The notes under the pieces: model-generated
What the model saw: the letters and a program-made list of their open reading frames with translations, nothing else
The model's database searches: none
What the model was told of the DNA's origin: nothing
Shown: positions 39,490 to 52,016 of the stretch, piece by piece
Position numbering within the stretch: position 1 is the stretch's first letter
Layout of the letters: every line of letters starts with the position of its first letter
Program-made: the position numbers and the translations under genes
NCBI GenBank assembly: GCA_977017645.1
Contig: OZ360219.1
Span: forward strand, 121,396,001-121,460,000
DNA length: 64,000 bases
Direction of reading: 5' to 3'
Origin: Torpedo marmorata
Lineage: Eukaryota

Positions 39490-39698
39490 GTACGTTGAAG
39501 TTTTACACTCTCAAAAATAAAATTAGTTCACCAATTTTGGCATTTCTAGCTTTGTTTTTGTACTAGTGTTATTTAAATAAATATGTTTGGGTCCTAAGAA
39601 TCTTTCTTATAGTCAAACTTTTGTACTGTTACTTGTTGGTAGCAAATTTATCTTTACTTGAGGCAAATGCTATGTTAATTATTCCTTTCACTTAACAG

Positions 39699-40034
39699 AG
39701 TTCACAGATAAAATCAAAGTCTTTCAGACACCTCCCAATATTGAGGCTTTCGAGGGTGACTCTATCAACATGCAGTGCTCTTGTGAAAAGGGCAAAAGGA
39801 TTGAAGCCATCAGGGTAACCTGGACCAAAGACTCAAATACATTGCTTCAGGCAACTACAATGATTCCAGCTCACAAAAACAGAAGTTCCTCTTCCATTAA
39901 TGAAACAACTGCAGAGCTGACAATTGAAAATATTGTCCAAGATGATTCAGGAATGTACTTCTGTCAAATAATTGTTGAAATACCAGCACCAGTTCAAAGA
40001 GGTTCTGGGAATGGAACAAAATTAACCGTGCAAG
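39699..40034 (+). CDS. Single-exon VJ-type Ig V domain, TMIGD2/CD28H-like (CD28/NKp30-type receptor)
   Basis: Acceptor ttcctttcacttaacag| and donor CAAG|GTAAAT; 336 nt, phase 1-1; encodes KVFQTP..EGDSINMQC..VTW..AELTIENIVQDDSGMYFCQIIVEIPAPVQRGSGNGTKLTVQ with canonical C, W, DxGxYxC and J-like GxGTxLTV. Confidence 0.92.
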
Positions 40035-43000
40035 GTAAATTCCTTCTAAAATTCTGCAATTATAACTTCACACAGCATGCTTCAAGCACTTTTCAAACGT
40101 TTTAATCCTTTTTTATCAAAATGTCTTCTGATTTTTGAATGTCAAAGAACATTAATAATTAATTTGTAAACATAAGATCAAAATTATTATTTTCATATTG
40201 GTATCCAATGTTAAAAATGGTAGCAGCAAGACTCAGTACCAAGAGTAAAAACTTCCTATTTTGGATGTCAGAATTGTATGTGTAGTTTCCTATTGGGAAA
40301 TCACACACATAATGAAAATGGCATTAAGTTCATTGGATATATTGAAAAGACATGAGGAACATGGATTTTAGTAAGGCATTTCACAAGGTCCCCCACGAGA
40401 GACTCATCCAGAAAGTCTTGAGGCACGGGATCAGTGGAACCTTGGCTGTGTGGATAAAAAATTGGCTTGTAGGAAGAAAGCAGAAAGTATTCTGCCTGGA
40501 GGTCGGTGACTAGTGGAGTGCCGCAAGGATTTGTTCTGGGACCCCTGCTCTTTGTGGCGGAAAGATGGGTCAGTAAGTTTGCAGATGACACGAAAGTTGG
40601 AGGAATTGTGGATGGAGCTGAAGGTTGTCGAAGGTTACAAGAGGATATAGACAGGATGCAGAGTTGGGCAGAAAAGTGGCAGATGGATTTCAATCCGGAT
40701 AAGTGTGAGGTGATGCATTTTGGAAGGACAAACCAGAAGGCTGAGTACAGGGTTAATGGTCGGTTACTTTAAAAAAAATATATTTTATTTAAAAGATTTT
40801 AAATCACACAGTACATAGTTTAAAATGCAAAATTATCTGATTACATGTGATACACTTTCACCCTCCCCTCCCTCCCTCCCTCCCCCCCTTCCCTAACCCT
40901 CCCGAAAAAAAGAAAGAGAGAAGAAAAAGATAAAGTAAAGAGAATGTCACTCTCAACAAAACTACTATAACCTAATTTTATAGTGGAACACAGGTTCGCC
41001 AGTCAGATCCAGTATGTGGAGATCCTCAAATCCTTAAACCGACAGTTTTTATATATGGGCTCCATATTTTCAAAAAGAAATAATAATTATCACGCAAATT
41101 ATAAGTAATTTTTTCAAGTGGTATACATGAACGCAATTCTGCATGCCATCTTTCTAATCCTAAATCTACATCCGATTTCCATGTAATGGCAATACATTTC
41201 TTAGAAACGGCTAAAGCAATACGTAAAAATTCTGTTTGATACATATCTAATTTCATTTTAACACTGGTTCCTTTAATATCTCCAAACAAAAATATCATAG
41301 GATCCATTGGGAGTGTAATTCTTAATACTTTATCTAAAAAAAATTTAACTTTCAACCAAATATCATAAACTTTTGGACAAAACCATGTAGAATGTACAAA
41401 AGAACCTTCCTCTTTATTACATCTAAAACATAAACCAGATAATGTCGGATTAAATTTCTTTAGCCTTTTAGGTGTTAAATATAATTGATGAAAAAAATTA
41501 TATTGCACCAATCTATATCTAACATTAATAATCTTCGTCATACTTTGTTTACATAATTTCCTCCAGTGTTCTTCATCTATTGTTACATTCAAATCTGTTT
41601 CCCAATTTAATCTTGATTTGTGAATTCCTGGTTTAGGCAATTTCTTCTGTAACAATCTGTACATTTGAGAAATAAATTTAGGAACACCTCCATTAGTAAC
41701 TAATAATTCCAATTCAGTCTGTCTTGGTAAAATCAAACTATGGCCCAACCTTTCAACTAAAAATGCTCTGATTTGATAGTAAGCAAAGATTGTATTATTT
41801 GCTACATTAAACTTATCTTTCATTCTTTGAAACGTAATAAATTTACCAGCTTCAAAACAATCATTTATTTCCTTAATTCCCTTTTGGAACCAAATTTTAA
41901 ATAATTGATTATCAACAGTAAATGGGATAAATTTATTTTGATACAGAGGCATTCTTCGAGAAATTGACCCTTTCGCTCCTATTTCTCTATCCACTCTATT
42001 CCATATTTCTAACAAATGCCTAAAAATAGGAGAATTTTTCCCTCTAGTTAATAATAATTTAGAATTCCATTTATAAATGACTTCTTCTTTCAAATCCTCT
42101 CCTATATTATTTAATTCTATTCTAATCCAAGCAGAGAGTTTCCCTAAATCAGTTTGTTAATAAATTTTAGCTGGGCTGCTTTATAGTAATATTGAAAATT
42201 AGGAAGCTGTAGACCACCCATTTCATAATTCCAGGTTAATTTCTCCATACCTACTCTAGCCAACTTTCCTTTCCACAAAAATTTCCTAATAATTAAATTT
42301 AAATCTTTAAAAAATTTCTGAGGAATTTCATAAGGAATTGATTGAAAAAGATATTGAATTGTCGGAAAAACATTCATTTTAATACAATTTACCCTTCCCA
42401 TTAGAGTTATAGGTAAATCCTTCCAACTCTCCAGATCTCTTTTTATATTCACAAATAGTTTAATTTATTCAAATTAGTTAATTTTGTATCAATCTTTATT
42501 CCCAAATATTTAATTCCTTCCTTTGACCATTTAAATTGTGTAATTTCTTTACATTTACTATAATCCCCTTGTGTTAAAGGCATAATTTCACTTTTATCCG
42601 AATTAATCTTATAACCAGATATTTCCCCATATTCTTTCAATAAAACAGACAATTGCATTAAAGAATTAATAGGTTTTGTCATATATATCAATACGTCATC
42701 TGCAAATAAACTAATTTTGTGTTCTTCATTACCAACTTTAATACCTGCAGTCTTAATATCTTGTCTAATTAATTCAGCTAAAGGTTCTATTGCTAAAATA
42801 AACAATGCTGGCGATAAAGGACAACCTTGTCTAGTAGACCTAGTTAAGGAAAATTTTGAAGATATTTGTCCATTTGTGACCACTCTAGCAGAAGGTTCTT
42901 TATATATAGTTTTAATCCAATTAATAAATGTATTTCCAAAACCGAACTTTTCCAGTACCTTAAATAAATAATTTCACTCTAATCTATCAAAAGCCTTTTC

Positions 43001-43211
43001 GGCATCTAATGTTAATACTAATGCCAGTTCCTCTCTTTTTTGTGCTACGTTTATTAAACTAATTAATCTAGCGATATTATCTTTTGAATATCTGTTCTTA
43101 ATAAAGCCTGCTTGATCTACATGAACTAAATCTGGTAAATACTTAGCCACTCTGTTTGCTAAAATTTTTGCCATTATTTTATAGTCCACATTTAACAACG
43201 ACATTGGTCTA

Positions 43212-46200
43212 TGTAAGAGCCGTAGGCTCGTTAACTTACCTTGCTGCGGCGCTCCGGCGCCTCGTCGGCTTGTGGAGCGCTCGCGTTGTCCGTCGGGCCA
43301 TCCTCGGCCCGTTCTGTGCTCTGTGCATGCGCTGGAGTGCCGACGGGCGCATGCGCAGTGTGGAGTGACGTCATTGGGCACGGGGCAGTCTGGGAATTGT
43401 AGTATGCGCGGTGCAGGGTGCGCAGTGGTTTAGGGACGGAGCATTCGGGAATGTTCTAGAAAATAGGATAGAATGAGATGTTAGGAGAGTGAGTGAGGTC
43501 TCCACATCTTTATTGACTGTTTTAGATAGTTTTACATCGTTTTAGATAGTTTTGCAGCGTTTTACATCATTTCAAGAACTGTTTATATTAAAGTCATTGA
43601 AGATTACTGCAAGTGAAATGTAAATAAAGGTTTTTGAACATTTTGGACTTTGTTGGTAAATTAATTAAAACGCGTCAAAGACAAGGACCACACTTAGCCT
43701 TCAGGTGACTATTGGTGGATCGAAGTCACCGTAATGTATAGTCAATAAAGAGCTGGCTGTTTGCAACAGAAGTTTGAAAGAAGATAGAAAAAAAAAACTC
43801 TGTGCTTTGGACTGATATAAAATGGTGGCCATCTTGAAGATGCCTCGAGTTGGGGGCAGTTTGTAATCCACAACCACTGCCATGAATAACAGACAGAGAG
43901 GGATTTAAAGCTTCAAATCTTATAGTAAAGTGTCCTATAAATACGTTGGAGAAACCATTTTCTGGAAAATCAGTGATATTAGTGACGGATGTTGTGGTTG
44001 AAACTCGTTTGTGGATTTCAGCACATTACATTCATTTGAAGTGGTAGGCATAAGTCTGTGGACTCCTTCTGTGCATCTTTAGCAAGTAAGAACACAGATT
44101 GGAATTGCTGCCGCTGGTCCATTGGGGACTGTTGTTTGGCTGGTATTGTGTATGATTGAAGGAAAGAGGAACAAGACGAGCCATGGCCGCAGCAGCCACT
44201 GATACAGCAGCTACTGATATATCAGCAGCTGACGCAGCAACCGCTGATGTTGCTGTTGAGGACCAACGTATTGAAGACATGAAGGTTGCGGATATTAAAG
44301 AAGAATTGAAGCGACTGAAAAAGGACATAAGAGGAAATAAAAGGGTTCTTATCGAAAGATTGAAGCAGGCAAAGGATGAAGAGGCAGCTTCATTAAATGA
44401 ACAAGAAGATAACTTGGAAATGGCTGAAATTGTGTCAACAAATGATGAAGAAATTAAAGTGGTTGAAGATGCAAAGGATATACAATTCGAATTGGATAAA
44501 GAGGTAAGTATGAAGACAACATATGAACAGCAGGACGAAATACAAGCAAGTGACAGTGTCTCAAATGCTGAAAGCAGGAGAAGCAAAAGAAGTTCTGGTT
44601 CGAGCTCCAGAGTTTCTCGTACTTCAAGTTCTGCATCGTCACGTACAAAGATTGATGCTAGATTGGCCGCTCTTCTTGCACAACAAAAAACGCTTAAGGA
44701 TAAATATATTTTGGAAGAAGAGGAGGAGCAGCTAAGACAAAAGGAGGAGCAGCTAAAGGAGCAGCTAAGACAAAAGGAGAAGCAGCTAATGGAGCAGCTA
44801 AGACAAGAGAAGGAGCAACTAAGGCAGAGAAAAGAACAGCAGGAGCTAGAAGCAAACATTGCTATTGCCAAGGCAGAAAAGAAAGCAATAGAAGGCTCAA
44901 TGGTATCTGGTGCTAGCAGTAAATTATCTAAATTGTCTGATAATAAAGGGTCATATTTAAAAAAGGAGTCACAGGAAAAGAAACCAACCAAAAGGATAGA
45001 TATTTTAGAACCAAGGATACAAAACTTACATATACAAGGACAAACCTATCAAGAGCATATTGGTATCGAGTCACATGTACCAATGGTAACATCTGAAAGC
45101 AAAGCTGCGGCTTGGGTTAGGTCGAACGAAGCAGCTTCTTTGTTATTTGAGTCAAACATCAGAAATATGGAAGAAACTACACCAGTGAGGTTTCCAGATA
45201 CATTGCATGCAACAAGAAACAGTGAACAGAGCAATGTATTGTCATCCAAGGAAAGACAAAATGAAATTGCTGCATCATTGTTTCAGTTACAGTCTCTCTC
45301 TTCTTTACCCAAGAAAGAAGAAAGAGATACAAACTTTTGATGGTGATCCACTTCAATATCAATCATTTATGAGATCTTTCAAACGCAATATTGAAGATAA
45401 ATGCCAAGATCGTGATGAATGTCTTTATTATTTGGAAATGTTCACAAAGGGACATCCAAAAGAACTGGTAAAGAGTTGTAAACAAATGACTTCAGAAAGA
45501 GGATTAGACAAAGCTAAGGCTTTATTGGAACAATATTTTGGCAACAAGCATCGAATTGCTTTAGCTTATATGGATAAAGCTCTTAAATGGACATCAATAA
45601 AACAAAATGATGTAAAGGCTCTGCAAGAATATACTTTGTTTTTAAGAGGATGTTGTAATGCTATGGAAGAAATCGATAATATTCGTGAGCTTGAAGTGCA
45701 TAGTAATATGCGAATCATCTTAGAAAAATTACCTTACAAGTTATGGGATAGATGGAGAGATTTGGCTTGTGATTTACAAGTAGATTACGGTCGAAAAATT
45801 ACCTTAAAGGATTTGGTAAATTTTCTTGAACGACGGGTGTACGTTGAAACGGATCCACTATATGGAAATACCAGAGATAATTCTATGGGCAAAGATGTAA
45901 GGAAGTCTAACACACAGTCTAGTCCGAAATTGAAAAGGAGTACTTTTGCTACTAATGTGCAAGTTATAAGTAAAGAAAAGGACAAAGTAAATAAGGAAAA
46001 GGAAAGTTTGCCTAATGAAAAGAGTTGTTTGTTCTGTAAAGGTGAACATACTTTGGAAATGTATTTACGATTGGAAAAGAAGGAACATGAGGAAAAGATT
46101 GCTTTCTTAAAGGAAAATGGAATATGTTTTAGCTGTTTGTGTAAAGGACACATCAGTAAAAACTGGGAGAAGCGAATTAATTGTAACATATGCAATTTGA

Positions 46201-48938
46201 AACATCCTAGAATTTTGCATATCCATAACAGAAACAAGGAAATGGAAAAAGAGCAAACAGAAACAAAGGAAACAACAGAAAATAATGTCATAACCTCGGT
46301 TCAGACAAGTGGTCTTACTGGGGCCGGTGTGAATAACTGCGAACTTTCAATAGTGCCTGTACAAGTCAAGGCCAAGAAAGGGGATGTACTAGTTAAAACA
46401 TATGCATTTTTAGACCCAGGCAGCACTGCATCTTTTTGCACGGAAGGACTAATGAATAAACTTAATATTCAAGGAAAAAGATCAAAAATAATGTTAAAAA
46501 CCATGGGACAAGAAAAGGTTGTTGAAACTAACATTGTTTCAGGCTTAGAGGTTGCTGGATTGGATGACAAAAAATTTTGTGATCTTCCAAGTGTATATAC
46601 TCAGAAGACTATGCCTGTGAATGAAGAAAATATTCCTCATCAAAGGGATATCCATCATTTAGCTTATCTGTGGAGGTTTATTTACCTGAAATTAATTCTG
46701 AGATAGAAATGCTGATTGGTTCAGATGTGCCAAAGGTTTTGGTACCAAAAGAAGTAATAGAGAGTAAAAGGAATGGACCTTACGCTATTAGAACCATGCT
46801 TGGTTGGACAATCAATGGACCAATGGAAAGAAATAATGATATTGCTCAGGAACAGTTAGCGATAAATATTAATAGAATTTCGGTTGAGAAAGTTGAAGAG
46901 TTAAGCGAAGAGCAAAAAACCGTGAATAAGAAAATCACTTTTGAAGAAAAGAAAACAGATCAATGTGAAAATAAATCAATGGTATTTAAAACAACATTGA
47001 AGGAATTAATTTCGTCAGAAATGGATGAAAGTGAAGTATTAGAAGATGTTGCAAATAATACTATTGATCATTCATGTGTAATTGAATCAAATACAGGAAT
47101 AAAACAAATGACTGAAAACAAATCTGAATGTAGATTTTGTAGTTCAGAGATTACAACAGACAAAGCTAATGAAGAAAGATTACAATGTGATGTAAAACTG
47201 GAAAACACAGAAAATTGTGCTGATGGAATAAAGAAAAATGCGAATGATAATTTAATGCAATTGAATTCAGAGAACAAAATGTTGAAAGGGGAATTGGAAA
47301 TATTAGATAATCAAGAAAACAGTAAACAGAAAGATTTAATTGTAAGTAAAACTCGCAAAGTCAGAAAGCGGAAGAAAAGAATAATTGCTGAAGAAATGAA
47401 TACAGTTATTGAGGAAAGAGATTCAGCATTATCAAAATGTAAAGGGTTGGAGGAAGAGATTAATGTTTTGAAAGAGAACAAGTTATTGGTTAATAACTCA
47501 AAACAGTTGACTCTAAAAACCAATCAAGAATGTAAATTGAATGTTCAACAATTAACAATGCAGAAAGAATGTGATATTGCATTGCAGAAATGTAACAAGC
47601 AAGACGAAGAAATTTAAAAATTTCAAGTTTGCCGCAACAGGATTGACAATGGAAATATCCATGTATCAAATGATATTTTGACTTCAGATCAAATTATTAA
47701 TTTCTTGGAAAGAACTGAGATTGAATTGAAAGTTGCAAAATTGGATTTAGAATTGCAGGAAAGAGCAATAGAAACCAGAGTGGTTAAACAGACCTGTTTA
47801 AAATCGAAAGGATCAAATAAATATTCAAATTCTAGTTCTAGGAGTTTAAATTCTTCACATGAGAAGTGGAATACTGAAAAAAGAAATAAAGTGAAACGAC
47901 ATGTTGAAGAAGTGCCTTGTGTTAAATTCAAAAGAAAAACTGTATCTATTTTATCTGAGGAAGATTTGAAGTTTACTGGTTGACGTTTTAACTCAAAGAT
48001 TATAGAGATAAAAAAACTTTAAAGAGGCATTGTGATTGTTATGGATGGTTCAACTTCGGGAAACTCCTGGTTACTTGGAAAAATTATTGAGACTTTTCAA
48101 GACAAAAGAGGACTTGTGCGTCAAGTATGAATTAAAGCTAAGACTGGTTTTCTAAACAGACCTATTAACAAGGTCTGCCGTTTGTTGACAAAAGAGGAAC
48201 TTTGATAAATGTAAACTGACTTTATTTGTTGTTGTATATTTCACAGGTTACAGACTTTTGTTGAATCAGAGTAATGGTAAACTCTAGATTTATGAAGAAG
48301 GAAGAAAGAAGATTTGTATTGTTTGAACGTTATGGTTATTGTTATTATAATTTTATAGTGTAATTATTATACAAGACATTGCGTCTAATTATAATAATTA
48401 GGGGCCGGTGTAAGAGCCGTAGGCTCGTAAACTTACCTTGCTGCGGCGCTCCGGCGCCTCGTCGGCTTGTGGAGCGCTCGCATTGTCCGTCGGGCCGTCC
48501 TCGGCCTGTTCTGTGCTCTGCGCATGCGCTGGAGTGCCGACTGGCGCATGCGCAGTGTGGAGTGACGTCATTGGGCGCGGGGCAGTCTGGGAATTGTAGT
48601 ATGCGCGGTGCAGGGTGCGCAGTGGTTTAGGGACGGAGCATTCGGGAATTTTCTAGAAAATAGGATAGGAATGAGATGTTAGGAGGGTGAGTGAGGTTTC
48701 CACATCTTTATTGACCGTTTTAGATAGTTTTACATCGTTTTAGATCGTTTTACAGCGTTTTACATCATTTCAAGAACTGTTTATATTAAAGTCATTGAAG
48801 ATTACTGCAAGTCAAATGTAAATAAAGGTTTTTGAACATTTTGGACTTTGTTAGTAAATTAATTAAAACGCGTCAAAGACAAGGACCACACTTAGCCTCC
48901 AGGTGACTATTGGTGGATCAAAGTCACCGTTATGTATA
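43212..48938 (+). mobile_element. BEL/Pao LTR retrotransposon 2, non-autonomous, with a chimeric ORF
   Basis: LTRs 43212-43740 and 48409-48938 (about 19 differences counted by eye); 5-bp TSD GTCTA (43207-43211 / 48939-48943) splitting L1 SYR|PMSL; PPT-like AGGGGCCGG. Confidence 0.96.
44183..48205 (+). pseudogene. Chimeric BEL polyprotein: SAP domain, Gag with 3 Cys/His knuckles, aspartic protease, coiled-coil with MIPOL1-like segments, integrase C-terminal remnant
   Basis: GCCATGG at 44183; TFDGDPLQY; CLFCKGEH/CFSCLCKGH/CNICNLKH; YAFLDPGST; frameshifts near 45320 and 46670; stop at 47615-47617; no RT or RNase H motifs; SWLLGKIIETFQDKRGLVRQV at about 48065-48127. Confidence 0.85.
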
Positions 48939-50819
48939 GTCTATATGATTCTGTTTTCAACAAGTCTCTATCTTTTTTCGGTATGACTGTTATTATTGCA
49001 TTTGAGAAGGTTTCCGATAGAGAATGAGTTTCTGTTATTTGTTTTAACACTTCCATATAAGGAGGTATCAATAAGTCCTTACATTTCTTATAAAATTCTG
49101 ATGGGAAACCATCCTCCCCCAGAGATTTCCCACTTGTTAAAGAACTAAGAACCTCATTAACTTCCCTCATCGTAAATGGTGAATCTAAAGATTCTTTACT
49201 AAGTGTATTTAACCTGGGCATCTTAATTTTGGATAAGAATTTGTTAATTTTAGAATCATCTTTATCGGCTTGAGATGTATATAAATTCAAATAAAAATCC
49301 TTGATAGAATCATTTATTTCTCGCGTTTTATAAGTTATTTTCTTAGAATTCTTTTTTATAGCCGTTATAGTTCTGGAGGTTTGTTCTTTCTTTAATTGCC
49401 ATGCTAAAACTTTATGAGCACTTTCTCCCAATTCATAATACCTTTGCTTAGTTCTTTCAATGAGTTTTTCCAATTTATATGTTTGTAACGTATTATAATA
49501 TAATTTTTTCCCAATTAAATCTTTCTTCTTTTCTTCTGATCTCTTTTTTTGTAAATCCTTCTCCAAAAACTCAATCTCCTTCTCCAAATTATCCAATTCC
49601 TGAATATTTTGCTTCTTAACTTTTGCTGAATAACTTATTATCTGACCTCTTAAATAAGCTTTCAAAGCATCCCAAATAATAAATTTATTCTCAATGGAAT
49701 CAGAGTTAATCTGTAAGAATTCTTGGATTTCTCTTCTTATATATTTCCAAAAATCCGCTCTTTTTAGTAAAGAAGAATTAAACCTCCATCTATATATAAT
49801 TTTTTCTTTTTCTGGAATTATGCATGACATTAATAAAGGCGAATGGTCAGAAATTAATCTTGCCTTATATTGTACTTGAGTCACCCTATCTTGTAATTGT
49901 GCTGACAGCAAAAACATGTCTATTCTAGAATAAGAATCATGTCTAGAAGAATAAAAAGAATAGTCTTTTTCTCTCGGATTCAACTTCCTCCAAATATCAA
50001 TTAAATTCAAACCTTTCATCATAGTAAGAATTCTTTTAGCAGTTTTAGTTCTAATGATTGATTTGGATGTTTTATCCATTACTGGGTCTAAACAACAATT
50101 AAAATCTCCACCAATTAAAATATTATCGTTTGCCTCTGACAAATGCATAAAGGAATCTTGAATAAATTGTTCATCTTGTGTATTTGGCACATATATATTC
50201 ATAAGTGTCCACATTTCTGAATATATGTGACAGTTTATTAAGACATATCTTCCTGACACATCAGTAACCACCGATTGTATTTTAAAGGGTAACTTCTTAT
50301 TAATTAGTATAGCAACACCTTTAGCCTTAGAATTAAATGAAGATGCTACCACTTGACCAACCCATTCTCTTTTCAACTTCTGATGTTCTAAATCAGTCAG
50401 ATGAGTCTCTTGTAATAAAGCTATGTCTACATTTATCTTTTTGATGTATGCTAAAGTTTTCTTCCTCTTAATCGGATTATTGAGCCCATTTATATTAATA
50501 CTGACTACATTTATTAATTTATTGACCGCCATTGCTGATATATAATAACTCTCTCTCCATCGGATCCGCCGGCTCCCCCTTCCACATTTGTAATCTATTT
50601 GACATCTCCTTAGAAAGAAAAAGAGAAAAGGATATAAAAAGAGAATAGAGAACTAAAGAACCCACTATATATAATACTGGTATATTTACACCAGTACTAC
50701 CACCCTCCATTGCTCGGAAAGTGGCCCTCGCCACTAAAATGACACGCGACTAGGTACGAAGAAGACAAAGATTCCACCTCCCCCCATACAGATTTCCAAC
50801 AAAGTTTGTTATCATTTCT

Positions 50820-52016
50820 TCATCCAGCAACTTCAAGATCTCTATTAATTTGATCCTCATCGATTACGACCCCATTTTCTTGTTCCAAAACACTTGGTGA
50901 GAGCAATTCTTGAGCCGGTAAGATGACTTGATATCGCCCCGAAAAATCTTGATCTTTCTTTAATTCCGGAAGTAAATTTGCATGCTGTAGAGCTTCTTGA
51001 GGGTCAGTGAAGAAAAGTGACTGGTTCTCTGCAGACTGAACTTTCAATGTCGCAGGATATCTAAATGAAAATTTATACCCTTTACCCCACAAAACCGCTT
51101 TCGCCGGATTAAATTCTTTCCGTTTTTTTATAATTACCGAACTCAAATCAGCATTAAAAAACACCCTATTTTTATCGATTATCAACGGACCATGATGAAT
51201 TCTTGCCTTTTGAACAGCCAATTTCAATATTTTTTCTTTATCCTGGTATCTGAGGCATCTAATTAGAATTGTGCGTGGTCTTTGACCAGGATATGGTTTT
51301 CTCCTGCTATCTCTATGGGCTCTATCCAGTTCAAGTCCATCCGGAAAATGATCCATTCCCAAAGTCTGTGGAATCCATTCTTGAAAAAATGTTGTTGGAT
51401 TTGTCCCTTCAAAATCTTCGGGCAGTCCCACAATTTTAACATTGTTTCTCCGACTCTGATTTTCCAATACATCTATTTTTTGTAAAAGTTCATTCCTTTG
51501 TAGCTCCCAACCTGTGAACGAATCTTCCACTTTATCCACTCTATCTTTATAGTCCACCATTTCATCATAATGTTCTTTAACCTCCTCTTCAATTTTTTGA
51601 ACCCTCAGTAGCACTTTATCCACAATATTTGAATGCTTTTTCATATCTTGTTTAACAGCTTTTATTTCTTCCTTGACCTCTCTAAATCCATGCTGCATAC
51701 GTTGATTCAGTAATGAAACTTGTTTTGTTAATCTGTCCATAGCTTCAATAAGAGTCATTGATAAATCTTGTTTACCTTGAAGCAATGGAGCTTCCTCTTC
51801 TCCACTTATTTCTTCTTGCTCCTCTCCCTCCATCTCTTGTATTCCTCCTTCCACTTCTTGATATCTTTCTTCCTCTCTTCTCTTCTCTTCTGAATCTGCC
51901 GATGACGATAAATCCTGCTCAGCTTCATAACCGTACATTCGCGAAGTTTTTCTTCTACTGTCTGCTGTAGCTGACAGTTCGCGATCATTCTCGCGCATGC
52001 GCGTTGTTTCGCGCAT
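50820..52016 (-). pseudogene. L1 ORF1p (coiled-coil and RRM; Transposase_22 family)
   Basis: LENQSRRNNVKIVGLPE, LELDRAHR, RYPATLKV; the true start is probably further upstream (about 52309) with frameshifts. Confidence 0.88.

Noticed and set aside
39699-40120. Rearranging Ig/TCR V segment
   Set aside because: The J-like motif is already in the same exon, followed by a splice donor; no CACAGTG heptamer follows the YFC motif.
44032-44991. 319-aa Ser/Cys/Leu-rich minus-strand ORF
   Set aside because: It is an antisense shadow of the repetitive EQLRQKE coiled-coil of BEL gag.
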